Positions 12,501 to 24,696 of a DNA stretch of 64,000 nucleotides are shown here, one piece after another. Source of the stretch: Lama glama (taxonomy: Eukaryota); assembly GCA_028534125.1 (NCBI GenBank), contig CM052817.1:91266001-91330000 (forward strand), given 5' to 3'. The notes below the pieces were generated by a model. That model searched no databases and was not told the origin of the DNA. It saw only the letters and a program-made list of their open reading frames with translations. The position numbers and the translations under genes were made by a program. How positions within the stretch are numbered: the first letter of the stretch is position 1; each line of letters opens with the position of its first letter.

Positions 12501-13415
12501 TTAACTGCTGGCATGAGGAAACCATGGTGTGAAAGGGGAGAAGCTGCCGAGTACAGGAGGAAGGCACACCCACCTCCTTCCTGAGACGAGTGTTAGAGGA
12601 TGGACGCTGGAATAAGTAGATGCTCTTACAGCAAGGGGTCCAGAAATGGGAGTTGACAGCTCATGACCTCTGTTCTCTATAAAGAGGTATACTGGTCATT
12701 TGGTAAGGAGTGTGGTGAAGGCTGGAACTGTTGCTGGAAGATGACCCAAGGAATAAATGAGCAGACTGCTGATCATTGTTCAAAAGCCTGGTGAGACTGG
12801 AAAATATATTGGCATCAAGTCATTGTTAGGTGGTTCTCTGACACACCAGACACAAAAAGCAAATACAAGTTATAATGATTAACAGTTTGGAAGGGCTGAG
12901 ATTAAAAGCCATACCACTGATAATTTCAATTGGAAGAAACATTCTTATCAATATATTCTGTCAACATGTATGTTTCCAAATCTAGACCTTTGGTGTATTT
13001 ATTGAGACAGAAGAATGTTCAGGTAGAGTGGTGGAGGTAAACAAGTAGCCTTGGCTTAACCTAATTAGAACCAATTACCAATAGAACTGCTCGCTTAAAA
13101 TGCCATTAGCTATCCTCCATATGACTTAGATTGTTAGCAAATATGTTAACAAAACCAATAGATGTCTGAGTGTCTAATAAAATGCTGCACTTGGGAAGGG
13201 TTGGGCACAGAGTAAGCTATAACCTTTCCCCTAAAAAAGAATAATGGAATTCTAAACTGTCCAAACAAATGAAACTGCAAAAAAGACAACACAAAAAAGT
13301 GCCAAGGCATACAATACAGATTTTGAAAGCTGAAGTATTTCAGAAATGTTTTAAAAGGAGGTAGAATTTGAGATTAACCCCCAAATGGGACGAGAATCAA
13401 GTGAGTTTTTGAGCA

Positions 13416-13421
13416 TTTATT
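13416..13421 (-). terminator. Candidate distal ELF2 poly(A) signal
   Basis: TTTATT on + (AATAAA on -), about 1.7 kb past the stop codon. Confidence 0.5.
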
Positions 13422-14166
13422 AAAAAGTACCATTAAGTATGTTTATGGAAAAAAGATTACAAAGGGAGGTGTTATAAAAATCTGCTGACCTAAGTAGTAT
13501 CTGATCAAAAGCACAATTAAAGGCCACAAAAAATATTAAGTATTAGTTTATTTAAATTTCTAAAAGATGTAAAAATAGACAACTTTTCTTTGTAGTAGAA
13601 AGAGCATTAAGATGTGGAATCACAGGGCCTAGTTTGGTGTGAAATTAGGAATCATGTAATCTCTCTGGTAGCTCCACTTCCTAATTTGTAAAAGGGCTAG
13701 AGTATTATTTGTTCTAACCCTCAAAAAGTGTGATTGAGAAACAGATGGTCTGATTTTAAATATAAATTGTTTAACTGTGGCCAACATTAAAATAGTAATT
13801 CATTACGGTAAGTAGAACATTATAAGTTCATGACACTAATTAGAAAGGAAGTAGAAACATGCAGATCATTGGCCAAATATTACTGTAATGGAACAAAACA
13901 AGTAGAATTTCTTCACGCAGTAGTTGGGAAGGAGAAATAGGACTTCTATTACTTCTTAACTAAAACAATGTGTCTCTACTAGCTTTTGAATATTATAAAT
14001 ATCACCAGAGACCAAAACACAAGATAAAATTTCATTTCTATATTTCAGAAAACCTACTTGAATACACTTTGAAACAAGAGTACAACAAAATAGAATATAC
14101 TTCAAATGTTGAATATACAAACTATTATAGTTCAAATCTGAACACTGGTACTTTCCCTCTTAAACT

Positions 14167-14213
14167 AAAAAAAAAAAAGAAAGAAAAGAAAAGAAAAAAG
14201 AGAAAGGAAGAAA
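14167..14213. repeat. A/(AAAAG)n purine tract (U/C-rich in the ELF2 3' UTR)
   Basis: aaaaaaaaaaaagaaagaaaagaaaagaaaaaagagaaaggaagaaaa. Confidence 0.85.
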
Positions 14214-15112
14214 ACTCCAGGTATCAGAGCTACCTGACAAAAATTCATGCTGAGTCTTAACTTCCAAGTGACAGGAGAACTGAAACTGATATGTCTGCAA
14301 GATGCCAGGGCTGAGTGACACAGGCATGTTATAGCAAAAGGCCAGAGCCAACTGTTAACTTGTCCACAATTAAGAAACTGACAGACTTAAACTACCATAT
14401 AAAATGTTACATGTAAATTCTATAACAATACTGTGCTAGGTACAAGATTTTTAAAATTTTTCTTTTAATAAAAAAAAGCTTTACACAAACAAGCCATTAG
14501 CTTATTTCAATAAAGAAAACTGAAAATTAGTCTAAGGCCTTTGTTTTAAATCAGCTTAAGCTATATGATATAAAAAAAAACCACACTAGATCTTTTTTGC
14601 TATCCTCTTTCTGAAGCTTTTGGATCCATTCTTCAATTCACATTCTAAAATACCTATATTAGCAGTCTTCACATAGCACCAGTTAAGTGAGTTCTGTGTG
14701 AACACAGTAATAATTGCTGGTATGCATATAAAATGCATCAAAAATTGCTATATGTAACAATGAGATCACCCATCCCAACCCCTCCCCACTGAAAACCATA
14801 TAACCTCTTACAGAATGTTAGTGTTCCAAGTCTTAGTGTAACTTGATATTGTAGTGAGTTGCTTGGTCCCTTTCAATCCTTTTTATTGACGGGTTCAGTT
14901 GTTTCCTACTGTAAGAGGCAGTTTTCTGTCAGCATCTCAATATGTAGTTCATTTCCCACTGAAACATGGGATAGGTAATTATTTCCAGTAAGTTTGATTG
15001 TTTTCTTATATGCAATAAAAATGTTTTAAAGTCTTTTGACTTCTCTTGATGACATCCTTGCAAATATTTATGTTAGTATCACCAACATTCTACAGCCCAT
15101 GGGAGAGCTATT

Positions 15113-15740
15113 TTATTTCTCACATGTTACCAGTCCTTCTGTTTTCATAGTTACAGGAAGGGCAATAGCTGAAGGCGCACTGACAACCACCACATGGGTC
15201 ACCGTCTTATTTCCATCTGCCGGTTTTTCTTCTTGTACCAGCTGCAAAGTTTTCACATCATGTTCCTGCTTTTTTGCCACTGCTTCTGATTTAACCTCTG
15301 GCCCCTTTATGACCGCACTGATAACTCGGGGAGGAGTCTGGCCAGATGCCTGTTGAGTAGGCACTGATAGTCTCATTACAGGTGTACCGTGGGCTATTGA
15401 AACAGGGGTAAGTGCTCTCACAGCCAGTGGGGTTCCAACAATGTTAATGCTCCCTGATCCAGTCAGATTTGACTTTGTCTGCAGTTGACACTGTGCAAGT
15501 TGTGTAGCTGGGATGGTAATAATTTTGGCAGGCTGCATGGTGATTTTGTCTCCATTTTCAGAAGAGGCTGGCATCACAGTAGGGATTGTCTGAATAACTA
15601 CCTTTGGAGAGGTTGCTGTTGTTGGGCTAGTGCTGGTTATTAACGGTGCACCTGCATTAACTGACTGAACTGCCACGGTTGAGATTTTCTGACCCAATGA
15701 TGTCATCACAACAGGTACTTGCATTGCCACACGAACTGTC
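15113..15740 (-). CDS. ELF2: ELF2 last coding exon
   Basis: Acceptor tttttttaatctactag|G. Translates TVRVAMQVPVVMTSLGQK...MKTEGLVTCEK*, the ELF2 C-terminus. Confidence 0.98.
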
Positions 15741-16145
15741 CTAGTAGATTAAAAAAATAAAGTTGATTATATTCAATGCTAAATTATAAAACAGGTCTCT
15801 TGAGCAAAAAGATGAATGCAAATCCAAATGTATAAAACTAGTGCTCCCGTATTTTACAGATGTACCAAAAATCCCTGAAGTTTATAAAATACCATGAAAT
15901 GAGTATGTTTTAAAAACTAACGCCTACATTTATTTCCATCTATAAAACCGTAAAAACCAATTCAGGTCATATGAGACATCTACTTTAACAACAACAACAA
16001 CAAAATACATTTAAAACATCAAGCACTTTTCAAAGTTTTGACACCAACAGGTTCTTAGAATGCAAATATTAAAAGGGGAACAGATCACTTTTGCCAAGGG
16101 GATCTCTAAAAATTAAATACAACTAATGGTTTCCCCCTCACCTAC

Positions 16146-16496
16146 CTTGGAGCTGCAGTTGCTGATACAGATGCGGTAGTAGGAGGAGACCTGGACGAAG
16201 CATCATGACCAGGGGAAGTGATGTTCACAACTCTAGCTACTCCCTTCTCTGCTCTGGAGCAGTTTAGAGGAGACGAGTTTTTCCCACCACGAACAGAAGT
16301 GGCTGCCTTCAAAAGACTTTCAGCAGACAGTGATACTCGTTCTAATGATTTTTCATCAGTAGCTGATGCTAAATCTTCGTTACAGGTTTCAGTTTTGTCA
16401 TCATCTATGACCACTATGTTTTTGGGCATATCCTTGAACTGATATACAAGCCTCTGTCCTTCAACCTTTGCAAGAATACCCCTTTGGTAATAATAT
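16146..16496 (-). CDS. ELF2: ELF2 exon, C-terminal half of ETS domain
   Basis: Acceptor ttttccttacag|AT, donor CCAAG|gtaggt. Translates [25 protein letters not shown]...ATAAPR. Confidence 0.98.
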
Positions 16497-16763
16497 CTGT
16501 AAGGAAAAAGTACTAAATAAATCAAGTATATTACATTTGTCCCCTCAAAACAAAAAACACCATGTAGAATGGATATTAACAGAAACATTCACTTATTCCA
16601 ATAAGAGACACGGAAGAGCTCTTACTGCCTGGATTGTTCAAAAGGCTGAAATTGGAACCTGGTGCCGTAAGTCCTATAACCTTGAGATCTGTAATGTAGC
16701 TAAAAGCTCATTTTTTTCCTTACAGGAAATAATTTAACCTAAATACAGAATTATTTTACTGTA

Positions 16764-17066
16764 GAGTTGGCCCTCCATATCCACAGCTTCCACATCCATG
16801 GATTTGACCAACTGTGGATTGAAAATACTTGGGAAAAGATTCCAGAGAAGTTCCCAATAGAAAAACTTGAATTCGCCATGTGCTGGCAACTCTAAATGGC
16901 ATTTATATTGTGTTAGGTATTATATGTAATCTAGAGATGACGTAAAGTATATGGGGATATAAGTGGGTCAAAAGCAAATACTTCATATAAGGGATCTGAA
17001 CATCCATGGATTTTGGTATCCGTGGGTGTCCTGGAATCAATCCCCCTCAGATACTGAGGGAACAAA
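16764..17066. mobile_element. MER2/MER2B (TcMar-Tigger) MITE
   Basis: gttggccctccatatccacag...gtattatatgtaatctagagatga...ggaatcaatccccctcagatactgaggga, with inverted termini. Confidence 0.85.
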
Positions 17067-17551
17067 TATATTTTACAGACACTGGTGAAAGTTCAGTTCT
17101 GATTTACATAGGTTAGAAAAACGATCTGATATTACGTGGAAAAATTACCTAAGTTGTGCTTAGTAGAAATGAATTTGTGGGTCATTTACAAATACCCTTA
17201 ATTAGAAGAAGGCATGTACATTACAAAGTTATGTAGTTTCTCAAACTGACAACTGAGGGTAAATTTTCGTATCAAGGTAAATCCATTATAACAAATTTGC
17301 AGGAACTAAAGAACAAATTCACAATTTGGAAACTGTAGTTTATTTGGGTATAATTTTCTTAAAGATGCACATTTTCTACAAAAATGGGACTTTCCAAAAG
17401 TGTTGAAATTTTAGACATCAGACCAAAGTCCTCTCTCCCCAACAGCCTCCAAATCCAAAAAGCTCCTACAGAAAATCCCCCCAAAATAAAAGTTGTAAGT
17501 AAGGGATTTTTAGAGCTTCTCTTTAAAACAGTTAATAGACAATTGTTCTTA

Positions 17552-17770
<219 letters not shown>

Positions 17771-19083
17771 TTAAAAATTCATCAGCATAATTAAAAGCAA
17801 ATATTTTCTTATGCTGGATAAAAAAATCATTTATTACTGGTAAAGCACAAATATACTGAGAGTCTATCGACTCTATCGGCACTCATTTGAAATTGTCCAG
17901 TAAATAACAATACAAGAAATAAGTAACAGTTGAAACTATAAGCTGTATCACAAGACCATGCATAATTATGTTCCAGATGAATGACAGAAAAATAATATCT
18001 AGGATTTCAGGGGTGAAAATAAGGTGGATTGGAAAGGAGGATCATTAAGTCAGAAGATGGCTAAGATTTGCATAGAAGAAAAGGAGGGAATCCGGATAGG
18101 CAAAATAAGAGCATCGCTTTTCTTCAGGAGGGGAAGGGAGGAGACAGAAGAGTATATCAGGCTTTTCAGGCTGCTGTTTTTCTCTCATTCCATTCATAAA
18201 CCTCTAGGTGCAAAGGTTCTTAAACTGATGAAAGAAAAGAAGAGAGTCCTGAGAAGATTAGAATACATATGCCTCCACTGAGCCACCAGGCCATCTCCTA
18301 GGGAGATGGGATAGATGCACTGCCCCTTAACTATCCTCACATCCAGCTCCAAGTCACAGGCTACTTGAGAAGAGCCCTGAGGGTGACAGGGCTTCCAAAT
18401 CAAGCCACTCCTGCTACTCAATTGAAATGCTGACATTCTTCCTCCAGCATTTCATTTTCATACTAGATTTCCCTCAAAATTCAATAAATCTATTAACCCA
18501 TAGCTGCACACAAGTGTGCATCTCTTGACCTAAAAAGATTAACCTCCAACTTCACATTGTTACATTTTTATTTCTGAGGCCCAAGAATATCAGCATCAAT
18601 ACCTACAAACTCTCACTATTAAACCATGCATAATTTTCACCTACAACTATATCAAGATGTGCAGCTAGGGCATTATTATTTTGTTTATGACCTGGAGATT
18701 ATCAGGCCCTATAAATTGGACAGGGTAAAAGTGAGCAGAGAACTTATTCTGGAAGAAATTTTTGTACAAAACAGACAATGCCTTGTACACTGTAGGGATG
18801 TGAATGCTTCTGTGTCTGCTGAATTAATGAGACTCATCAGCATTCCTCAGGTTATCATTAAATGCTTCACCCCAGTCCCATTCCCAAGTTAAAATTAATA
18901 ATTCAATTTCTAGTTTTAAGTAAAATAGAATTCAGAAAGCAAAGCCTTCTTCATCAGACAAAGTAGTTCATTAAGTCTATGAAGACATTATGATCATAAT
19001 TGCAGAAGAGGAAACAGTGGCGGGATTTTTAATCCCAGTGTGACTATAATAACTTTAATCTTCATATTACAACAATTTGTCTC

Positions 19084-19177
19084 GGGGGGAGGGTATAGCT
19101 CAGTGGTGGAGCCCATGCTTATCATGCATGAGGTCCTGGGTTCCATCTCCAGTACCTCCAGTAAAAAAAAAAAAAAA
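19084..19177 (+). mobile_element. tRNA-derived SINE (camelid Vic-1-like), head-only copy
   Basis: GGGGGGAGGGTATAGCTCAGTGGT (A box)...GGGTTCCATCTCC (B box), poly(A), TSD aatttgtctc at 19074-19083 / 19176-19185. Confidence 0.9.
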
Positions 19178-20003
19178 TTTGTCTCAAGTTTAATACACAA
19201 TTGAAAATTTAATGAAAGGTGATTTTGATTGGTAAAAATAGGTTGTCACAAAATTTTTTTCCAATGTTAAAGTCTTTGTATATAAGAGATACCATTGATG
19301 ATAGGAATAATTTTAAAAACAATAATAATTGTATAGTTAGTTTAATTTCCTAATATTTAGTACTATTATGTAAGTTTCAAAGTTTTCCATATAAATTAGA
19401 AGATAAAATCTAAGGTGTCAGAAATGCAAGACAATGAAAGACACACAAGGAAATACAAGTTATCCTAAATGTGTCCCAAATTATTTGAATAAACAATTCC
19501 TGAGTAAATAAGAGTTTACTGTTACTCGAGGTTTAATTGTCTTACTAGAGACTTACTTTTTGCTTTAATTATTTAAAATGAGATATATCAGACCTGCATA
19601 TGGAATAAATTTGAAAATATTAATATAAAATGTACCCAACTTCATATTGGAAATATTCATGGAAATGATGACTTCTTGGTTATCAGAACACATCTAAAAC
19701 CTTTATTAAAATCACTTAAAATCAACTTATTAAGAGAGCAGAAAACATAAGAGGGTTATTGCTACTTTTTAGTGAGAACATGCAAATTCTAAAGCAAATA
19801 CAGTAAATTTTGTTCAGATATCCTTACTGACATGACTGAAATTTTGTTGACTGGAAAATTAAATTCACCTTGCACTGAATTACTGCATTGTTTTATCAGT
19901 TAAGAAATTTTGTATCAGAAAGTCTTAGTTTTGTAAACCTTTTAAAATTCTAAGCGACTCTACATGAGGATGAGAACTATAATACATACACACATCCTCT
20001 GGA

Positions 20004-20176
20004 ACAATGGCTTTTAATACAGGTGTGCATCAGATTGCACTTAGGACCTTTTCCAAATTCAAACGCCTGCCCTCCTCCACTCCCCATAGTTTAGAATCTC
20101 AGTGGGGTAGGGGCTGGGCACAGTCTGAGAAAGCTCCTTACATGATACTGATACAGTCCTGATTAAGAATCACTAC
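20004..20176. mobile_element. MER5-type MITE
   Basis: caatggcttttaat...tgcatcaga...gaatctcagtggggtaggg...attaagaatcact. Confidence 0.55.
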
Positions 20177-20293
20177 CAGAGACAGTACTCTCACATGTGC
20201 ATGTACTAGAAATGGTTTTCCTACAAATGCAAAAATGTCACCTGACAGGAAAAAAAAAAAAATCACACCTCTAAAACAGCCTCCCCAAATTAC

Positions 20294-20380
20294 CTTTTCC
20301 TTCTCTGGGTTTCTTCTTTATACCTAACTCAGGAGACCCATTGGAAATTGGTGATTGCTGGGTCTTTGGTTTACGGCCAA
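20294..20380 (-). CDS. ELF2: ELF2 exon (87 nt, basic/NLS-like segment)
   Basis: Acceptor cttattttttcag|TT, donor AAAG|gtaatt. Translates (V)GRKPKTQQSPISNGSPELGIKKKPREGK; the ORF track shows a different frame here. Confidence 0.96.
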
Positions 20381-22990
20381 CTGAAAAAATAAGATATTGA
20401 AACCATACATTGAAAATAGGAAAAATAAAAGAAGCATGATAGCAGGCTTTGATAGCATATTACTCATGAAACTAGACATTAATTTATAGATTAATATACT
20501 CAGTATATACAAAAGTTGCTTTTAAAAGGAGCATTAAAAGCACTTCAGCAATTTTAGATTACATGAGTTAGTTGGTAGTAATCTCGATACGGCAAGTCAG
20601 GTATTACTGACCTATATTTAGGTGGTGAGAGCCTCAATTTGCTAACCTCTTTCCCAATAATGTAGCAATGAAAACAAATTGTAGTACAAGGCTCTTTGTT
20701 TTCTGTTCTAAAGAATTGTTAGAAAAAGCTTTACCTACCTATTGAAGAGGATCTGATAATCTGCGAAGCCCTTTGAGCTCAAATAAGGAAAAGTAAAAAA
20801 TATTATTTTAAATACTCTCTACTGCTCTGAGCCAATCAATTCACCAGATTTAAGCATAAATTTCCTCACCTCAATGTGCAGGTACATTATAAGAGTAAAC
20901 AATTCTTCCAGGTAATTACTTCATACATCTAATAAATGTGCCCTTCCTTTTGTTCCTCCGCACCTCTGCCATAAGGCTCTCAGACAGACTAGCATCCACA
21001 ATGAACAAAAAAAGCAAGAGCTTTGCTTCTCTATAGTAAAGAAGGCATAAATCCAAAATACACTGTATTCAATCCTTAGCACTGATGGATGAATGCTAGC
21101 AGGTGAGGGGAATCCTCAAAAAAAAAAAAAAGAGACTGGGAATATTCAAGTATTTCATATTTTCAGATTAACTATATTATTACTGATTTGGTGATTGTCA
21201 TGCTGCTGGGATTTCTGATGTCTTTACTCTTCATTAGCAATGATTATCTTAAGCTAAATTAAAGTGCCTTAACTGATATTTCAAAAAGCACAGATAGCTA
21301 TTATATTCTAGGATTTCACTATGGTTAATTCTAATCAATAAGAAGTATGCTTTGGCAAAAATTAAAATAGAAAGTTCACTGGTCTCCTTATTGAAATAGA
21401 GCTAATTTATCAATTTAAGTAGTATTTATATGTATGAATCAGTCAGTAGGAAGACTAATATCTTTACTGTCTCCTAAATTCAAGCACAAAAGCCCAACTT
21501 CCTTAATGGGAAGGTTAGCCCCAAAAGGCTAATTTTCTTATAAAGCGGCATTTCCCAAATCATATTCCTTGAGAAATAGGTTATTCATCAGTAGGAAAAA
21601 GGGCTCTATAGTCAAATTAACTTTTAGTACACAGCATGCTATCTTCTCTTGGAGATTCACAAAGCACATTAGTATATTAAAAGCTGTAGAAACTTTTTAA
21701 AAGGTTCTACAATTAAAAAATAACCTACCTAACTTTCTATGTCCCAAATGTACTTAACCACAAATAAATAATTAATGGTGTTATATGTAATTTTTCAATG
21801 GTCATTCATTCAGACCATCTATTTTCAAACATATAAGATTAGTATTAATTGGCAAATTATTTCCAGGTCTATATCATATCAACACACAGGCAGATCAACT
21901 TGGTTATCTAGAGGTCTTGGTTCCCTAAATGATCTCAGCTGTTCACAGGCTTTTCCCTCTTCATTTAAATCTAAAAATTTCTTATTTTGAATAGTTCCTA
22001 TAAGATACAACCAGCCAAAGGCTACAGTGGGCAGTGTATGCCTTTTATTTTTAAATTTTTACAGCAAGAAGTAATGCTTCCTTCTAAATTCTCTCATTGA
22101 TGCCTTTCTCAAATACATATAATCTATACTACAAGAGGGAAGGCACTCTTATTCTTCATTGTATCCCTCACAGCAATGAACACAGACCAATCTGAAACAC
22201 TGCTAATAAATGAAAGAAAATACCATTGTTTCCAACACAAGTTTTCCCTTATTTTTGCCTTTAATTTTTTCCCTCCCATTCTAAAATGTGAAGAAACAGA
22301 TAGGGAAGGAAATGGAATTAGATGAGTGTCCTTCTGTATAGGATTTAATTTCTTTCAAGTTTTACCTTTGATTCAAACAGGAAAAGGACCCACAATGCCT
22401 ATCTTCTCAGGATGCTGAAGATGGGCTGGAGCCTTGGGCCTCACCCATTAGGATCAAGTGAGCAGAAGTTTCAGCAGAAGTGAAATAGTAAGTGAAAATA
22501 CTCTTTACCCAATGGTGAATTTATTCCACTTAGAAGTCCTCATCGGCAATCTTGGTGTTTTAAGGCAGAAGTTATGGGGAACAAAATTGGGCCTCTTATT
22601 TTAATGCCCACAATGTGTAGGAAGATAAGTTATGAAAAATAGAGAAAATAAAGAATAATTTTTTTTAAGTAACCAAGTACTTAAAAGGATCAGAAAGTAG
22701 AAAAAGGTGCAGTGAATCTCTGATCTTCCTTTTGTGTTTCGAAAACCTGCTATAATCTCATTTCAGGCAACTACTTTAAGGGCTCAAATACTAACTCCTT
22801 TGAACAGTATGAATACATTAAAAGGCTAAAAGACAAAACTAAAATCTCAGTTTGTTCATTTTTTTAGAATATCTAGTTAAGGTAACATCAATTATAAATC
22901 TACAGCATGTATTTCCTATGTCCCATGATGAGGAAAAAGATACCAGGAAAAATTTCACCTAATTTTCCAAAAATTTAAAATACACTCTAC

Positions 22991-23164
22991 CTTTTTTCTT
23001 TTTCATTGGTTCATGGCTATCTGGTGATGTAGGAATAGGAGAGGTATCCATTGGTTCAGATTCTTCAGTTGACACCTCCACTACAGTTTCTGTAATGACA
23101 TCTGGCCTCATAGCAGCATGGATAAATTCTGGAGTTGATACACAAGGAGGGACAAACACTTCCA
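22991..23164 (-). CDS. ELF2: ELF2 exon (174 nt; alternative acceptor at 23128 gives 138 nt)
   Basis: Acceptor tttttttatag|TG, donor AAAG|gtagag. Translates (V)EVFVPPCVSTPEFIHAAMRPDVITETVVEV...HEPMKKKK. Confidence 0.97.
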
Positions 23165-24582
23165 CTATAAAAAAAAGTTGAAAAATTAAAACTTCCCACC
23201 CCCATCAATGCTTCTTAATATGGACAATTCAATATTTAACAGAGGTAAGGTTATTAAGAATTCATCAAAGCAAGGTAAGAACTTGAATTTCATTTGCTGA
23301 ATATACATTATGATCTAAAGTATGTAAGGAAATAAATGCAAAGAAAGTCAATCTGAAGCAAATGTTAATCCTATGGGTAAGGGGGGAGGAACATGAGTAG
23401 TCAACCCCCGTGCTTCACACTTTTACATGCTTTCAAACTTTAGAAGATTTTGAATTATTTGACAATTGAGAAAACATTTGAAAATAAAGTAATAGTATAA
23501 TAGTGAGTTAATTATTTTCCTTCCATGTACTCATCATTATTCTCTAAGCAGGTAAAACATGCACCTGGTATAACACTGAAATAATTAACATGTTTTCAGT
23601 GAAAAGTAAGAACTTACAGTTCATTTTAAAATATAAAGAAAAAGAAAACTTGCTCATTACAGCCAATGAATACCATCTTTCAAAATGTTAAATTCTATTT
23701 AATGGAACAGTCCTGATTTTGGGTCACTAAAACAGTACATACAGATGGCTATTTAGTATTCTTCTTTTATGTAGTAACACTGCTCTTGCTCTGGCTTTCT
23801 TCTCATGTGCATGATAAATCAGGATATGACATTTCTTTTTCAATCAAGAGATAATTAATACATACTATCATACATTAATACATTGACCAATATGCCCTAA
23901 TTTTCTTCTCATATCCCTGAATAAATACATGGAATTCCTAACTCTAAAAAGCATGGCTGATCTTAGTATTTACCGTAAATCCCTAAAATAAGGGTCAATC
24001 TTACTGTATTAAGTTAAATTAACATTTGGACATTAAAATTAGGACAAATTAAAATTAGGACAAAATGACTCTCAAAGACAGTCTTGAAAAGGGGGGACCA
24101 AAAGAATTTTAAAAAGGGAAATGTGCAGCCTGAAGGAGTGTGAGGAAACAGTGGAAGCCACCTCCTCTCTCTAGCACAGAGGTTCCCTGAAGATAATGCC
24201 CATTTTATCCCTGAAAAAAGGCCTGAAAGTGGTCATAGGTGGCAACTGCCTCCATCTGCCATTCACTTAAGGACTACAAACATTTACAATTTCCCTCTGG
24301 GTAAGGAAATAAGACATGATAGTAAAAATAGCAATTTAATAAACATTTGTCTATCTATAGTGGGCATTTTCTGTATCGTTTATTTTGAAAATTGAGTAAT
24401 TAAACTATTTAAGATGTGGGAACTTGGACAAATAAAGATCAATTATTCCTGTCATAGGTATTTATGTATAATAGACTTTGAGAACACCAACAATCCCCTG
24501 GGTTTTTTTTTTTTTAAGACTTTCATTCGAGATACCTGAAGGGATGTGATGTGTTTATTATAAAAAAGAACAGTTCACATAC

Positions 24583-24696
24583 CAGGACTTCTTGAATCTC
24601 TCAAGCAGGTAGGAGATTCCATATGAAGCAGGGCTTCAGCAGCTTCAATTGTCTTATCTGTACAGTGTGCATTACTGCTATGAACTGATGCTTCCA
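24583..24696 (-). CDS. ELF2: ELF2 first exon shared by long and short isoforms (114 nt)
   Basis: Acceptor tttcccttgcag|TG, donor CCTG|gtatgt. Translates (V)EASVHSSNAHCTDKTIEAAEALLHMESPTCLRDSRSP, including the ELF1/2/4 motif TIEAAEALLHM. Confidence 0.97.

Larger units (their letters stand above)
13395..15112 (-). other. ELF2: ELF2 3' UTR (end approximate)
   Basis: U-rich sequence downstream of the stop; minus-strand AATAAA at 14882-14887 and 13416-13421. Confidence 0.6.

Noticed and set aside
15036..16442. Plus-strand ORFs overlapping ELF2 exons
   Set aside because: Antisense shadows of ELF2 coding sequence.
19084..19160. Possible functional tRNA gene
   Set aside because: Poly(A) tail, TSD, imperfect stems and related degenerate copies nearby indicate a SINE.
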